Of a stretch of 64,000 nucleotides of DNA, positions 47,700 through 59,560 are shown one piece after another (the stretch's first letter is position 1; every line of letters starts with the position of its first letter). Made by a program: the position numbers and the translations under genes. The DNA is from Opitutales bacterium. GTDB taxonomy: Bacteria; Verrucomicrobiota; Verrucomicrobiia; Opitutales; PNEW01. The notes under the pieces are model-generated. The model worked only from the letters and a program-made list of their open reading frames with translations, was not told the DNA's origin and ran no database searches. The stretch is from positions 1,280,001 through 1,344,000 of the forward strand of contig CBDANS010000006.1 of the NCBI GenBank assembly GCA_965197745.1, in the 5' to 3' direction.

Positions 47700-48626
47700 A
47701 TGAAAGTTACGATAATTGGAGGCGGGGGGAGAGTGGGATCCAATGCCGCGTTTGCCCTGCAGTGCGCCGGCATAGTCTCGGATATTCAGATCCTTGACGC
47801 CAATAATGAACTGGCCGAGGGCGAAGCGCTTGATCTTCTTCATGGGACTTCCGCTATTGCCGATCAACATGTCTATGCCGGTGATTATGAGCGTGCGCGT
47901 GACAGTGATATTTATATTATCACTGCCGGACTGCGACGAAAACCGGATGAATCACGACTCGATCTCATCAGCCGTAATGTATCACTTTTTTCCCAGATAC
48001 TCGCCAGCCTGAAGCAGACTGGACACAAGGAAGATGCCATAGTCTTTGTTGTCTCTAATCCTGTTGATATCTTAACGCACCTTGCCACGACTTACCTCGG
48101 TCTTCCCTGGCAGCGTGTAATCGGGTTAGGGACTATGCTTGATACCGCGCGATTTCGATCTTTGATTGCCGAGGAGTTGCACCTTGCCCCCACGCAGGTG
48201 AAAGCGCTTATTCTTGGAGAACATGGTGATTCAATGGTCCCCATCTGGTCATCGGCTACCGTAAATGGGTTGCCCATGGCCGGGATAAAAGGGTTCAGTG
48301 CCACCTTTCAAAGAAAAATATTTGAGAGAACCCAGGGCAGCGGAGCTGAAGTTATACGCCGCAAAGGAGGAGCCGGTTGGGCCGTTGGGCTGACCATTGC
48401 GGAAGTAGTTCACGCCATTGCCTTGGACCGCAGGCAACTATTGCCGGTTTCATCCATGCAGCAGGGTATTTATGGATTGCGGCAGGTATGTCTCAGTGTT
48501 CCTACTATCGTGGGGAGTGCCGGTGTAATCGAGCAGGTGGAACTCGATCTATGGCCAAAAGAAAAACAGGGACTGCAATCTTCCTCCCGCGCCCTTAAAG
48601 AGACACTGGCTAAGGTCGCGGGGTAG
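47700..48626 (+). CDS. Lactate/malate dehydrogenase family protein (BMC-associated)
   Basis: IIGGGGRVG, ITAG.RRKPDESRLDL, VSNPVD, LDTARF, GEHGDS. Confidence 0.9.
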   Translation: MKVTIIGGGGRVGSNAAFALQCAGIVSDIQILDANNELAEGEALDLLHGTSAIADQHVYAGDYERARDSDIYIITAGLRRKPDESRLDLISRNVSLFSQILASLKQTGHKEDAIVFVVSNPVDILTHLATTYLGLPWQRVIGLGTMLDTARFRSLIAEELHLAPTQVKALILGEHGDSMVPIWSSATVNGLPMAGIKGFSATFQRKIFERTQGSGAEVIRRKGGAGWAVGLTIAEVVHAIALDRRQLLPVSSMQQGIYGLRQVCLSVPTIVGSAGVIEQVELDLWPKEKQGLQSSSRALKETLAKVAG

Positions 48627-48653
48627 TACGTTTCTCGATCTTAAGATGTATCA

Positions 48654-49035
48654 GGTGGAACGTGCTGACCCCAGCGCGTTTTGATTTGAAATAAGACTGG
48701 AGGGACGCACTCCGTAGCGTCCGTAGCTATCTAATTCAATTTATATCAATTTTAACGGCCACGACAACGCATGGCCCTCCAGGAAATATGGGGTATGCGT
48801 TAAGGTGAAAATGCGTAAAAGCGTGTAGGCGAGAATGCGGGGAAGACATAACAGGGTGGGATGTGTGTTTGTTTGTCGGTCATTGCCCAAAGAGCGAATA
48901 CTGAACGCGTCCCACCAATATTTTTACCCAAAAATTAGATATTTTACCTTATAACCATGATTAAGGTAGCCGGAGGGACACGCGTCGTCGTGGCCGTAAC
49001 GAAATAATTAGAGCGAAGACTGAGCCCGTCCCACC
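48654..49035. repeat. Intergenic cluster of REP-like palindromes
   Basis: GGAGGG-headed units at 48698-48724 (+), 48755-48782 (-) and 48972-48997 (+); GGTGG-headed units at 48654-48681 (+), about 48892-48916 (-) and about 49010-49035 (-). Confidence 0.72.
48797..48844 (+). repeat. Degenerate 8-bp tandem array (6 units)
   Basis: gcgttaag|gtgaaaat|gcgtaaaa|gcgtgtag|gcgagaat|gcggggaa. Confidence 0.55.
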
Positions 49036-49066
49036 AGATGAGTTGCAGATTACCTTGAACCGCCCA

Positions 49067-51076
49067 TTATCCAATCTCGCGGGCGGCTTTGAGAATACTG
49101 GAGGGTAAAATTCCCAGCTCCTTCATCACTTCTTCACCCGGCGCGCTGAGGCCAAACCGATCGATGCCGACGATTTTACCCTCAAGGCCGACATAGCGAT
49201 ACCACAACCCCGAAATTCCCGCTTCAATCGCGATTCGTTTGCGGCAACGGGAGGGCAGAACCTCCTCACGATAGGCTGCCGATTGGCGATCAAAGCGTTC
49301 GAAACAGGGCATAGAGACTACTCGCGTTCCCTTGCCGAGTTCATTTGCTGCCGCTATAGCATGTTGTAATTCACTCCCGGTAGCGAGGATGATTAATTCA
49401 AGATCACCGGTTTCTCTCCTCGCGATGTAGCCACCAGAGAGCACACCCTTTCGCCTCTCGTCTATAGGTATCTCATTTAAGTTCGGAACATTTTGCCTGG
49501 TCAAGATAAGCGCCGTTGGCCCATCTGATCGTTCTAAAGCGGCTATATAGGCACCCGCAGTTTCTTCAGGGTCGGCAGGTCGGATAACATCGAGATTGGG
49601 AATGCAGCGAAGGGCGCTTACGGTTTCCACCGGTTGATGGGTCGGACCATCTTCACCTACACCTACGGAGTCATGAGTCCAAATATAGAATACCGGTAGT
49701 TTGGCCAATGCGGCAAGACGCACGGAGGGGCGCATATAATCAGAAAAAACGGCAAAGGTGGCACACGATGCACGGAAGAGACCATCGTATCCGAAGCCGT
49801 TTACGATTGCTCCCATAGCGTGTTCGCGAATCCCGAATCGGATATTGCGCCCGACAGGGTTATCGCGGGTGAAATCGTCAGCATCTTTGATATAGTTATT
49901 CGTTGACCCGTGCAAGTCAGCGCTGCCGCTGATGAGCATAGGGAGTTCCTCGGCCAGCTGCTGCAGAATGTCACGTCCTGCCACGCGAGTTGCCAAATTG
50001 GCATCGGGTGGGAAGTGGGGGATAGAGTTAATAAAATCTCTCGGCCCATCGCTGCGTAGTGCGCTATCCAGAAGTGCATGCTTATCCGGATTCGCATTTT
50101 TCCATTGATCAAACGTTTCTTCCCAGATCGAATGGGCTTTTAGCAAGTCGTGTTTGTGCGCTGAAAAATACTCCTTTACAGAATCGGAAACAAAATAGAG
50201 TTCATCCGGTAAACCAATATTTTTTCGCGCTTCATCTACAAAATCTTTACCGTCTGCGCCATGGGCTTTTGCAGTACCTGCTACCTCGGGAATGCCCTTT
50301 CCGATTAGAGTTTTTGCAATTATTAATTTCGGTTTCCCGTTATAGTCGGCTTTCGCCATTTTAAAAGCTTCTAAGAAGCTCGTCATCTCGTGACCATCTA
50401 TCGTCACGACATCGAAACCATACGCTTCATAGCGTTTTGCTGTATCCTCACTCTGGGTTTCATCGGCCATGGCGTCGAGAGTGACATCGTTGGAATCGTA
50501 AATGACGATCAGGTTATCGAGACCGAAATGACCGGCAAACGAGCACGCTTCCGCCGCAATCCCTTCCTGAAGGCAGCCATCACCGGCGAGGCAGATTATA
50601 TGGTGGTCGAAAATAGTAGCGTTATCCGTATTGAAACGCCCCGCAGCCATTTTTCCCGATATGGCCATACCGACGGCATTGCCAACACCTTGACCGAGAG
50701 GCCCGGTGGTGCACTCGACCCCCGGGGTGTCGCCAAACTCGGGGTGACCTGGTGTCTTACTGTGAAGTTGTCGAAAGTTTCGAATTTCATCGATGCTGAG
50801 CGCGTACCCGCTTAAATGCAGCCAGGTATAGAGGAACATGCTTCCGTGCCCGGCGGAGAGGATGAATCGGTCACGATTAATCCATCGATCATTGTCGGGG
50901 TTGATCTTTAATGCGTGACCAAAAAGGACTGCTCCTAATTCTGCCGCCCCCAATGGAAGACCGAGGTGTCCAATACCTGCCGCCTTGACTGCATCCATAG
51001 CCAGACCGCGCGCTTGGGTTGCCGCCTCACTAAGGATCTCAAAATTAATTGTCTTAGATTTAACTTTTGTCTCCAT
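49067..51076 (-). CDS. tkt: Transketolase
   Basis: [58 protein letters not shown]. Confidence 0.96.
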   Translation of the reverse strand: METKVKSKTINFEILSEAATQARGLAMDAVKAAGIGHLGLPLGAAELGAVLFGHALKINPDNDRWINRDRFILSAGHGSMFLYTWLHLSGYALSIDEIRNFRQLHSKTPGHPEFGDTPGVECTTGPLGQGVGNAVGMAISGKMAAGRFNTDNATIFDHHIICLAGDGCLQEGIAAEACSFAGHFGLDNLIVIYDSNDVTLDAMADETQSEDTAKRYEAYGFDVVTIDGHEMTSFLEAFKMAKADYNGKPKLIIAKTLIGKGIPEVAGTAKAHGADGKDFVDEARKNIGLPDELYFVSDSVKEYFSAHKHDLLKAHSIWEETFDQWKNANPDKHALLDSALRSDGPRDFINSIPHFPPDANLATRVAGRDILQQLAEELPMLISGSADLHGSTNNYIKDADDFTRDNPVGRNIRFGIREHAMGAIVNGFGYDGLFRASCATFAVFSDYMRPSVRLAALAKLPVFYIWTHDSVGVGEDGPTHQPVETVSALRCIPNLDVIRPADPEETAGAYIAALERSDGPTALILTRQNVPNLNEIPIDERRKGVLSGGYIARRETGDLELIILATGSELQHAIAAANELGKGTRVVSMPCFERFDRQSAAYREEVLPSRCRKRIAIEAGISGLWYRYVGLEGKIVGIDRFGLSAPGEEVMKELGILPSSILKAAREIG

Positions 51077-51220
51077 ACTAGGTATTTTTTAAAATAAATT
51101 TTAACAATGACGAGCATAACTTATGCGCCATGGAATTATTTATAGGGCATCCCTTTAAACCTTGCCTCAGCTCAATCAATATCAGACGGGCGGGCAATTG
51201 ATCCCAGCGTGGAACGGACT

Positions 51221-51907
51221 TCAATTTAACGACAGGTCCTCGTTGCTGAGATTACCTAAACTATTATGGAGTTTAAGTTCTTTAATCTCCGACTCCAACT
51301 GTTTATTGTAGATCTCAAATCGTTTTATCACCTCGAGGGTGGATAATATTTTTTGTTTTATGAGGGGGTTGGCACAGAGAGAGTAAGCGGCAAGGTCAAC
51401 AAACAAGGCTGGTTCTTTTACTTTAAGTAACTGTTTCATTACCTCCTTTGGGATTTCTCCTCCCGCTGCTTCTTTTATTTTGAGCAGTCTGTTAAGATCT
51501 TCCATAGCTTGACGCAATATGTCCTCCTCCGCGCCTGGCGTAGAATGCAGACGATCGATGTCAATCAAACGATAGGGTTCTTCCTGGATGATGCGATTAA
51601 CCTGTATCCGGCACAGTCCCTGCAAAACGAGATTAGATGTGCCGTCATCGTTTTTATGACTGGCCCTGACTATGCCTACCGTGCCCGTGTCATAGGGCGG
51701 CTCAAACTGCCCCGTGCTTTCAGCCCGGGCGAGATCAAGACCAACCACCGCGAAGAGACGATGATTCGTTAAGACATCGTTGAGCATCTGACGGTAGCGA
51801 GGCTCGAAAATGAAGAGCGGCATAATCGCTTGAGGAAAAAGCACCGCTTCCGGGAGGGTCATTACCGGCATTTCTTTCGGAAACTGAATAGGAGTATCGG
51901 CCATCAA
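51221..51907 (-). CDS. Stand-alone Lon protease N-terminal (substrate-binding) domain protein
   Basis: PVMTLPEAVLFP..PLFIFEPRYRQM, GTVG, DGTSNLVLQGLCR; no AAA or protease domain. Confidence 0.85.
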   Translation of the reverse strand: MMADTPIQFPKEMPVMTLPEAVLFPQAIMPLFIFEPRYRQMLNDVLTNHRLFAVVGLDLARAESTGQFEPPYDTGTVGIVRASHKNDDGTSNLVLQGLCRIQVNRIIQEEPYRLIDIDRLHSTPGAEEDILRQAMEDLNRLLKIKEAAGGEIPKEVMKQLLKVKEPALFVDLAAYSLCANPLIKQKILSTLEVIKRFEIYNKQLESEIKELKLHNSLGNLSNEDLSLN

Positions 51908-52041
51908 TGGAGTTTTTTATTTTTGATGAGAATTACAAACGAAATAATAAAAGTATCTATCTCAAAGTCTGTCTCTTCTTCTTTGTAACCACTTTTTATA
52001 TAAACAAATGATTCGTCCTGTTTGTTAATTTTTAATGCAAA

Positions 52042-52108
52042 CGGCCACGACGGAGCGTGGCCCTCCATTTATGGTTTATTTCTGGAGGGCCACGCTCCGT
52101 CGTGGCCG
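52042..52108. repeat. REP doublet: perfect 26-bp inverted repeat
   Basis: CGGCCACGACGGAGCGTGGCCCTCCA (52042-52067), a 15-nt spacer, then TGGAGGGCCACGCTCCGTCGTGGCCG (52083-52108). Confidence 0.9.
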
Positions 52109-52172
52109 CTGAGAAGGACGAGTTATACTTTATTTTATTAAAAGACGAAATAGCAGCCGAAGCGTATATTTT

Positions 52173-52466
52173 TCAATCCTTCCAGGCGTGAGGGGAAAGC
52201 TTTGCGGGGTCGGGGTCGTTAGTCTCTGCATAATAGATAGCCATGCGGATATAAGATAAACGATCCTTCGCGATTCTTGTTTTTTTCTTTTTCAATTCTT
52301 CAAAGAGAACTTCTGGTGAACGCCCTGACAGTTCATATATTTCCTTAAACCCAAGATTGAGTAGATCCCTCGCCGTCTCAATATTAATATGGGGAATATG
52401 CATGAAGGAAGAATTCAAAGCCTCGTAATCGGTCTTTTTTTTCTTCTTTTTATTTACTTTTTCCAT
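52173..52466 (-). CDS. Cdd1/pathogenicity-locus-like helix-hairpin-helix protein
   Basis: IPHI..ARDLLNLG..ELSGRSPEVLF..RMAIYYAE..WKD; ATG 52466. Confidence 0.75.
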   Translation of the reverse strand: MEKVNKKKKKKTDYEALNSSFMHIPHINIETARDLLNLGFKEIYELSGRSPEVLFEELKKKKTRIAKDRLSYIRMAIYYAETNDPDPAKLSPHAWKD

Positions 52467-52532
52467 CTTAAGATCCTCTTGGTCACGGGTTTCAGTTAAA
52501 GTGTGCGAGGACGCCCACTGGGACACAAACTG

Positions 52533-52545
52533 TGACAAGCTGTCA
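52533..52545. promoter_or_regulatory. Palindrome TGACA-AGC-TGTCA, putative activator site
   Basis: Perfect 5-3-5 inverted repeat about 90 bp upstream of the sigma-54 -24 box. Confidence 0.45.
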
Positions 52546-52633
52546 TCGATTAAGTAATAATGAGAACGGGTGAAGGGGCGATCTTTTATTATAACTTATT
52601 AATAATAAAAAGGTTAAGATAATATTAAAGAGT

Positions 52634-52650
52634 CTGGCACAAGCATTGCT
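52634..52650 (+). promoter_or_regulatory. Sigma-54 (-24/-12) promoter of dnaK-groES-groEL
   Basis: CTGGCAC-AAGCA-TTGCT matches the TGGCAC-N5-TTGC consensus exactly. Confidence 0.8.
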
Positions 52651-52661
52651 TAAAAGCGGGT

Positions 52662-54626
52662 GTGAGTAATGTTATTGGCATAGATTTAGGAACCACAAAT
52701 TCATGTGTGGCTGTAATGGAGGGTGGCGAACCTGTTGTCATTCCCAATTCGGAGGGTGCGCGGACTACCCCCTCGGTAGTCGCATTCTCTAAGAAAGGTG
52801 AGAGACTGGTAGGACAGGCGGCGAAACGGCAGGCTGTTACCAATCCACAGAACACGATTTTCTCCTCCAAGAGGCTGATTGGACGCAAGTTCGATGAAGT
52901 GAGTGAAGAGGCGAAACATTTCCCCTTCAATATTATAAAAGGAAAAAATGACGATGCCTGGATTGAATGTGATGTCGGCGGAAAAACGGAAAAATTCTCT
53001 CCCGCTCAATTATCCTCCATGGTACTGGCAAAATTAAAAGCGGATGCCGAGGCTTATTTGGGGTCAAAAGTTACGGAGGCAGTCATTACTGTTCCGGCTT
53101 ACTTCAATGATTCTCAACGTCAGGCCACTAAAGATGCAGGGACGATAGCGGGATTAGATGTATTGCGCATTATCAACGAACCTACGGCAGCATCTCTCGC
53201 CTACGGTCTTGATAAGAAAAATGAGGAGACAATTGCCGTATTCGACCTTGGTGGAGGGACCTATGACATATCGATTCTGGATATCGGGGATGGTGTCTTT
53301 GAAGTAAAAGCCACCAATGGAGATACGCACCTGGGCGGTGATAATTGGGATGCTGTGATTATTGACTGGCTGGCCGATGCATTTAAACAGGAAAATGGCA
53401 TCGATCTGAAAAGTGATCCCATGGCTTTGCAGCGTCTTAAAGAAGAAGCGGAAAAAGCGAAAATTGCCCTCTCTTCAGCTCAAATTACAGATATTAATTT
53501 ACCCTTTATTACCGCCGATGCGACCGGCCCCAAGCATTTGAATGTAACCTTGGAGCGCTCTAAATTTGAACAACTATGCGACTCCCATAACCAGCGGACA
53601 ATCGCGCCTTTTGAAGCCTGTTTAAAAGATGCCGGTTATACCGCCGGCAATATCGGTAATCTCGTTCTTGTTGGCGGTATGACGCGTTTACCTAAAATAA
53701 TGGATATTGCGCACGAGCTCGCAGGTAAAGAACCGCATAAAGGTGTTAATCCGGACGAGGTGGTAGCTGTTGGAGCGGCAATTCAGGGTGCGGTGTTATC
53801 GGGCGATGCGCGCGATGTTCTCCTCCTCGACGTCACTCCCCTGACGCTCAGTATCGAGACTGCTGGCGGGATTGCAACGGCGATGATCGAACGCAATACC
53901 ACCATTCCCACAAAAAAATCACAGGTCTTTTCCACCTATGGCGATAATCAACCCAGTGTAGATATTCGTGTCCTCCAGGGGGAGCGCTCTAAAGCAGAGG
54001 ATAATAAACAATTGGGAAATTTCCGTTTAGATGGAATTCCTCCCGCCCCTCGCGGAGTTCCTCAAATTGAAGTAACCTTCGATATCGATGCAAATGGAAT
54101 TCTCCATGTTACGGCAAAAGATCTGGGTACGGGACGCGATCAGAAAATTTCGATCACCGGTTCGTCCGGTCTCGACAAGGACGAGATCGAAAAAATGCGT
54201 AGAGACGCCGAATCTCATGCCGAGGAAGATAGCAAATTTAAAGAGGCGGCCGAAATACGCAACCAGTTGGATTCATTGATATATCAGAATGAAAAACTGA
54301 TCAATGAACATGGTGATAAGATTCCCGAGGATAAAAAGGGAGTAGTTGATGGTTTGATTGCCGATGCTAAGAAGGAACTTGAGTCCAATGATGTCGACAG
54401 GATGAAAGCGGCTATGGAAAAGCTGACCAGCGACCCCACGATCCAGGAAGTCGTTTCAGCGATGTATGCTCAACAGCAAGAGGCGGGAGCGACAGCTGAT
54501 GGGGCTCAGGAGGAAGCGGCCCATTCTGCCGGTGAGGGAGAATCTTCCGCGTCCGATAAAAAAGATGATGATGATTCCGTAGTCGATGCCGACTTTGAAG
54601 TCGTCGATGATGAAAAGGGAAAATAA
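52662..54626 (+). CDS. dnaK: Chaperone DnaK (Hsp70)
   Basis: [45 protein letters not shown]. Confidence 0.98.
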   Translation: MSNVIGIDLGTTNSCVAVMEGGEPVVIPNSEGARTTPSVVAFSKKGERLVGQAAKRQAVTNPQNTIFSSKRLIGRKFDEVSEEAKHFPFNIIKGKNDDAWIECDVGGKTEKFSPAQLSSMVLAKLKADAEAYLGSKVTEAVITVPAYFNDSQRQATKDAGTIAGLDVLRIINEPTAASLAYGLDKKNEETIAVFDLGGGTYDISILDIGDGVFEVKATNGDTHLGGDNWDAVIIDWLADAFKQENGIDLKSDPMALQRLKEEAEKAKIALSSAQITDINLPFITADATGPKHLNVTLERSKFEQLCDSHNQRTIAPFEACLKDAGYTAGNIGNLVLVGGMTRLPKIMDIAHELAGKEPHKGVNPDEVVAVGAAIQGAVLSGDARDVLLLDVTPLTLSIETAGGIATAMIERNTTIPTKKSQVFSTYGDNQPSVDIRVLQGERSKAEDNKQLGNFRLDGIPPAPRGVPQIEVTFDIDANGILHVTAKDLGTGRDQKISITGSSGLDKDEIEKMRRDAESHAEEDSKFKEAAEIRNQLDSLIYQNEKLINEHGDKIPEDKKGVVDGLIADAKKELESNDVDRMKAAMEKLTSDPTIQEVVSAMYAQQQEAGATADGAQEEAAHSAGEGESSASDKKDDDDSVVDADFEVVDDEKGK

Positions 54627-54724
54627 ATTTTTTAGATAATAGATAAAACCCTGAACGTGAAATTTATTATCTAACGAAGTGTAAAAACAAGAATTAATCT
54701 ATAACCAAAAAATAACATTAATCT

Positions 54725-55018
54725 ATGAAAACAAAAATAAAACCTCTAGGAGATCGCGTCTTAGTACAGGCGGTCGAAGAGTCAGAACAAGTAAAAGGCG
54801 GTATCATCATACCCGATACGGCTAAGGAAAAGCCCCAAGAAGCAAAAATTGTTGCCCTTGGCACGGGTAAGACTGATGACTCCGGAAAAAAAATTAAATT
54901 CGAAGTCAAGGTTGGGGACATGGTTATTGTCAGCAAATACGGCGGCACTGAAGTAAAACTCAATGGAGATACTTACTCCTTGCTGCGTGAAGACGATATC
55001 CTGGGGATTGTCGGTTAA
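54725..55018 (+). CDS. groES: Co-chaperonin GroES
   Basis: [28 protein letters not shown]. Confidence 0.98.
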   Translation: MKTKIKPLGDRVLVQAVEESEQVKGGIIIPDTAKEKPQEAKIVALGTGKTDDSGKKIKFEVKVGDMVIVSKYGGTEVKLNGDTYSLLREDDILGIVG

Positions 55019-55042
55019 CACAAAATATAAATATTTATTTAA

Positions 55043-56701
<1,659 letters not shown>

Positions 56702-56740
56702 TGGCCCCGTCCTTCCTTTAAAATATTAAACTTCATTAAC

Positions 56741-56774
56741 AAAAAAGGCGCCCTCAATTCGGGGGCGCCTTTTT
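56741..56774. terminator. Bidirectional intrinsic terminator between groEL and metF
   Basis: aaaaaaGGCGCCCTC-aattc-GGGGGCGCCttttt. Confidence 0.85.
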
Positions 56775-56885
56775 ATTTGGCGATTTCAGATGGATGAAAA
56801 AGGGAATGTGTTGTCTCTGCCCATGATTAATAATTGCGTGCTGGGACAGCCCGCTCTTCCTTCACTTATACCCGTTTAATTACAA

Positions 56886-57803
56886 TTATGTATTTTCGCT
56901 CACCCCTCTCAAAACTACGCTCTCTGCGCTAAACCTTTGAATAATTTCCAAGGCCCCACGGGGACGATTTAAACAGTAAAGGTGAAATCCTGGAGCACCT
57001 CTTTCAAGCAATTCGCGGATCTGCTGATAGGCCCATTCAATGCCCGTGGATTCTGCAGCTTCCCCTTCTCCTCCCGCAGCTATTAATTTTTTTTCAAGTT
57101 GGGGGTCAAGGCTGGTTCCACACATTTTACAAAAGAAGAGAATTTTCGATAGGGAATGGACGGGGAGTATACCCGGCATAATCGGTACCGTAATCCCTGC
57201 CGCGCGACAGCGCTCTACAAATAAAAAATAATCAGCATTGTTGAAAAATAACTGGGTAGTGATGAAGGAAGCTCCCTGTTCGACCTTATGCTTCAAATTA
57301 TTTATGTCCGCATCCAGTGATTGAGCACCGCTGTGGGTCTCCGGATATCCCGCGACTCCAAGACAAAAATGAGGAAAGTGCTCGTGAATATAGGCGACAA
57401 GATCAGAAGCGTAGCGCAACCCGTCGGGGTGTGGTTTAAAGTTTACCTCTCCACGCGGCGGGTCACCACGTAAGGTCATGATATTGTTAATTCGTGCCTG
57501 GGTAAAATTACTGAGTATTTCATGAATCTCTTTCCTCGACTGTCCCACACAGGTCAGGTGGGGCATCACCTCAAAGCCTATCGCGTCTTTTAATAAATAG
57601 GCGTATTTAATAGTGCGCTCCCGGGTGCTGCCTCCTGCGCCGTATGTGATGGTGACAAAATCGGGTCGATAAATGGAGTGAAGTTCTCGCGCGTTTTTTA
57701 AAAATCGGATGCCTGATTTTTCCGTCTTGGGAGGGAAAAATTCGATCGACAGGACCTGCTCCTTATGAGCTAAGGCCTCCGCGTAATACCGGTACCTATT
57801 CAT
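56886..57803 (-). CDS. metF: 5,10-methylenetetrahydrofolate reductase
   Basis: SIEFFPPK, TYGAGGS, PHLTC, LRGDPP, AGYPE, ITTQLFF, HLYCLN. Confidence 0.94.
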   Translation of the reverse strand: MNRYRYYAEALAHKEQVLSIEFFPPKTEKSGIRFLKNARELHSIYRPDFVTITYGAGGSTRERTIKYAYLLKDAIGFEVMPHLTCVGQSRKEIHEILSNFTQARINNIMTLRGDPPRGEVNFKPHPDGLRYASDLVAYIHEHFPHFCLGVAGYPETHSGAQSLDADINNLKHKVEQGASFITTQLFFNNADYFLFVERCRAAGITVPIMPGILPVHSLSKILFFCKMCGTSLDPQLEKKLIAAGGEGEAAESTGIEWAYQQIRELLERGAPGFHLYCLNRPRGALEIIQRFSAESVVLRGVSENT

Positions 57804-58036
57804 AACGTATCATAATATAGGGATATAATGATATGTAAAGTGTCGAATTCCTGTCTCCATAAGAAGGGCGAGACGATGGTAAAAGCAGATACAGCCGGGG
57901 CGTGAAATCTATATAGCGAGGAAGAAATTGTCTTTGACCCTGCGGGAAGGCAGTCGTATTGAAACCCGTATAAGAATCAATGGGGCAACTAAGATGCATC
58001 ATAGGTATCTTAAGAGAACAGGGAGAATTTTAATAG

Positions 58037-59497
58037 ATGGAACGCAAACATACCATACTAATAGTCGATGACGATGAAGGAACGCGTAATCAATTAAAGT
58101 TACTCTTTGAAGATGAGGACTATGAGATTCTCTATGCTAAAGATGGCCATAATGGCTTAGTAATCGCGGAAACAGCGGCCCTTGATCTGATATTATTAGA
58201 TATCGTGTTACCGGGCTTTGACGGGTATGAGGTCTGCCGGCGGATACGCGCTAACCCTCGATTATCACAGATTCCCGTTTTAATGATGACAGGATATGAC
58301 CTGGAGACCTCTGCGGTTAAAGGGTTGGAAGTGGGGGCTGATGACGTCATCACTAAGCCCTTTAAAGTGATGGAGGTAAAGTTGAGAGTGCGGACCATTT
58401 TGCGACTCAACCGTTTCCGAACCTTACAAAGCGAACGCTCTAGATTTACCTGGATTGTAGAGCACTCAAGCGATGGTTATGTCGCCCTGAATTCTCAAGG
58501 AATCATTACTTATCTTAATCCTGTGGCCAGCCAGTTACTCGATATAGAGTTAGTTGAGAATGAAGAAGATAAAATCCCTTTCCTGCAGCGCGTGCAAAAA
58601 AATTACCAATTGGTCACGCCTCAAATATGGGATAAATGGCCCGAATTAAATGAAAAGGCATTCCTCGTCCGGCCCGAATCTGAGCAGGTTTCCGCCCACT
58701 GGTTGAGAGTCGACAAATTTGACATGGAGTCATCTGATCCGGGTAGCTGTGTGCTTCGATTACAGGATGAATCGAATAAAATGAGAATGCAGCAAAACAT
58801 GTGGACCTTTGAAAACCTGGTGGCATACAAGCTTCAAACCCCTTTGAACGGTATCCTCTCAAAAATAGAAAAGCTGTGTAAGCGTGTGGACAAAGGTGCT
58901 TCAAAGGAGGAGAGAGAACTATGAAATGAGGCATTGGAATCAGCCGCGCATTTGTCCGACACAATTGGTGGAATGCTCAGTTATTTGCAACCGTCTAAGC
59001 AAAACAGAACCCCGCTCTTAAAGGCGGGAAAAATGATTACTCATATTGCCGCACTCATCGAGGATGAACTGCAACTCAGTCCCATAGAGATCGAGATTGA
59101 TAAAAAAACAAAAGATTTATCGCTCACCATATCTATCGAACATCTTTTCATGGTATTACTTGAAATCTGTTATAATAGCGTCAAATTCCACCCGACTGCA
59201 AAACCGCAATTGATTATTAAACTGAGCGCAGATACTAATAATCAACTGAGACTGTCTATCCTCGACCATGGGAGGCATGTAGCAGATGAGGCGCTTAAAA
59301 TGCTCATCAGCCCCTATTATCAGGATGAGCGAGACGTCTCCGGAGATATCCCCGGCATGGAACTGGGGCTTTCACGTGTCGTTTCTTTGATATCCACTTA
59401 TGGAGGCAGCTGCGAAGTGCAAAACCGTGAAGATCAAACCGGCCTGTGCGTTCGTCTCGACTTGCCTGCTTTAATAAAAAATGATCGTGGAAATTAA
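58037..59497 (+). pseudogene. Hybrid REC-PAS-histidine kinase split by an in-frame TGA (58922-58924)
   Basis: ORFs 58037..58924 and 58934..59497 share a frame (...EEREL*NEALES...). REC (VDD, LLDIVLP, TKPF), a PAS-like region and an HATPase domain (NSVKF, PYYQ) are present. Confidence 0.8.
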
Positions 59498-59560
59498 AAA
59501 CAGGTATTGCCGTGAGTAGCAGCATTACCATTAAAATTTTAAAATATTTTTCACTCATTT

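Noticed and set aside
48654..49035. CRISPR array
   Set aside because: The repeats are inverted, degenerate and irregularly spaced, and there are no cas genes.
52547..52661. CIRCE/HrcA operator before dnaK or groES
   Set aside because: No TTAGCACTC-N9-GAGTGCTAA match was seen here or at 54627-54724.
57796..58002. 68-aa ORF upstream of metF
   Set aside because: No recognisable motif or RBS; it lies in the divergent promoter region and is probably spurious.
58922..58924. TGA as selenocysteine or recoded Trp
   Set aside because: It is not at a redox-Cys position, no SECIS-like hairpin is evident, and TGA is a normal stop in other genes here.
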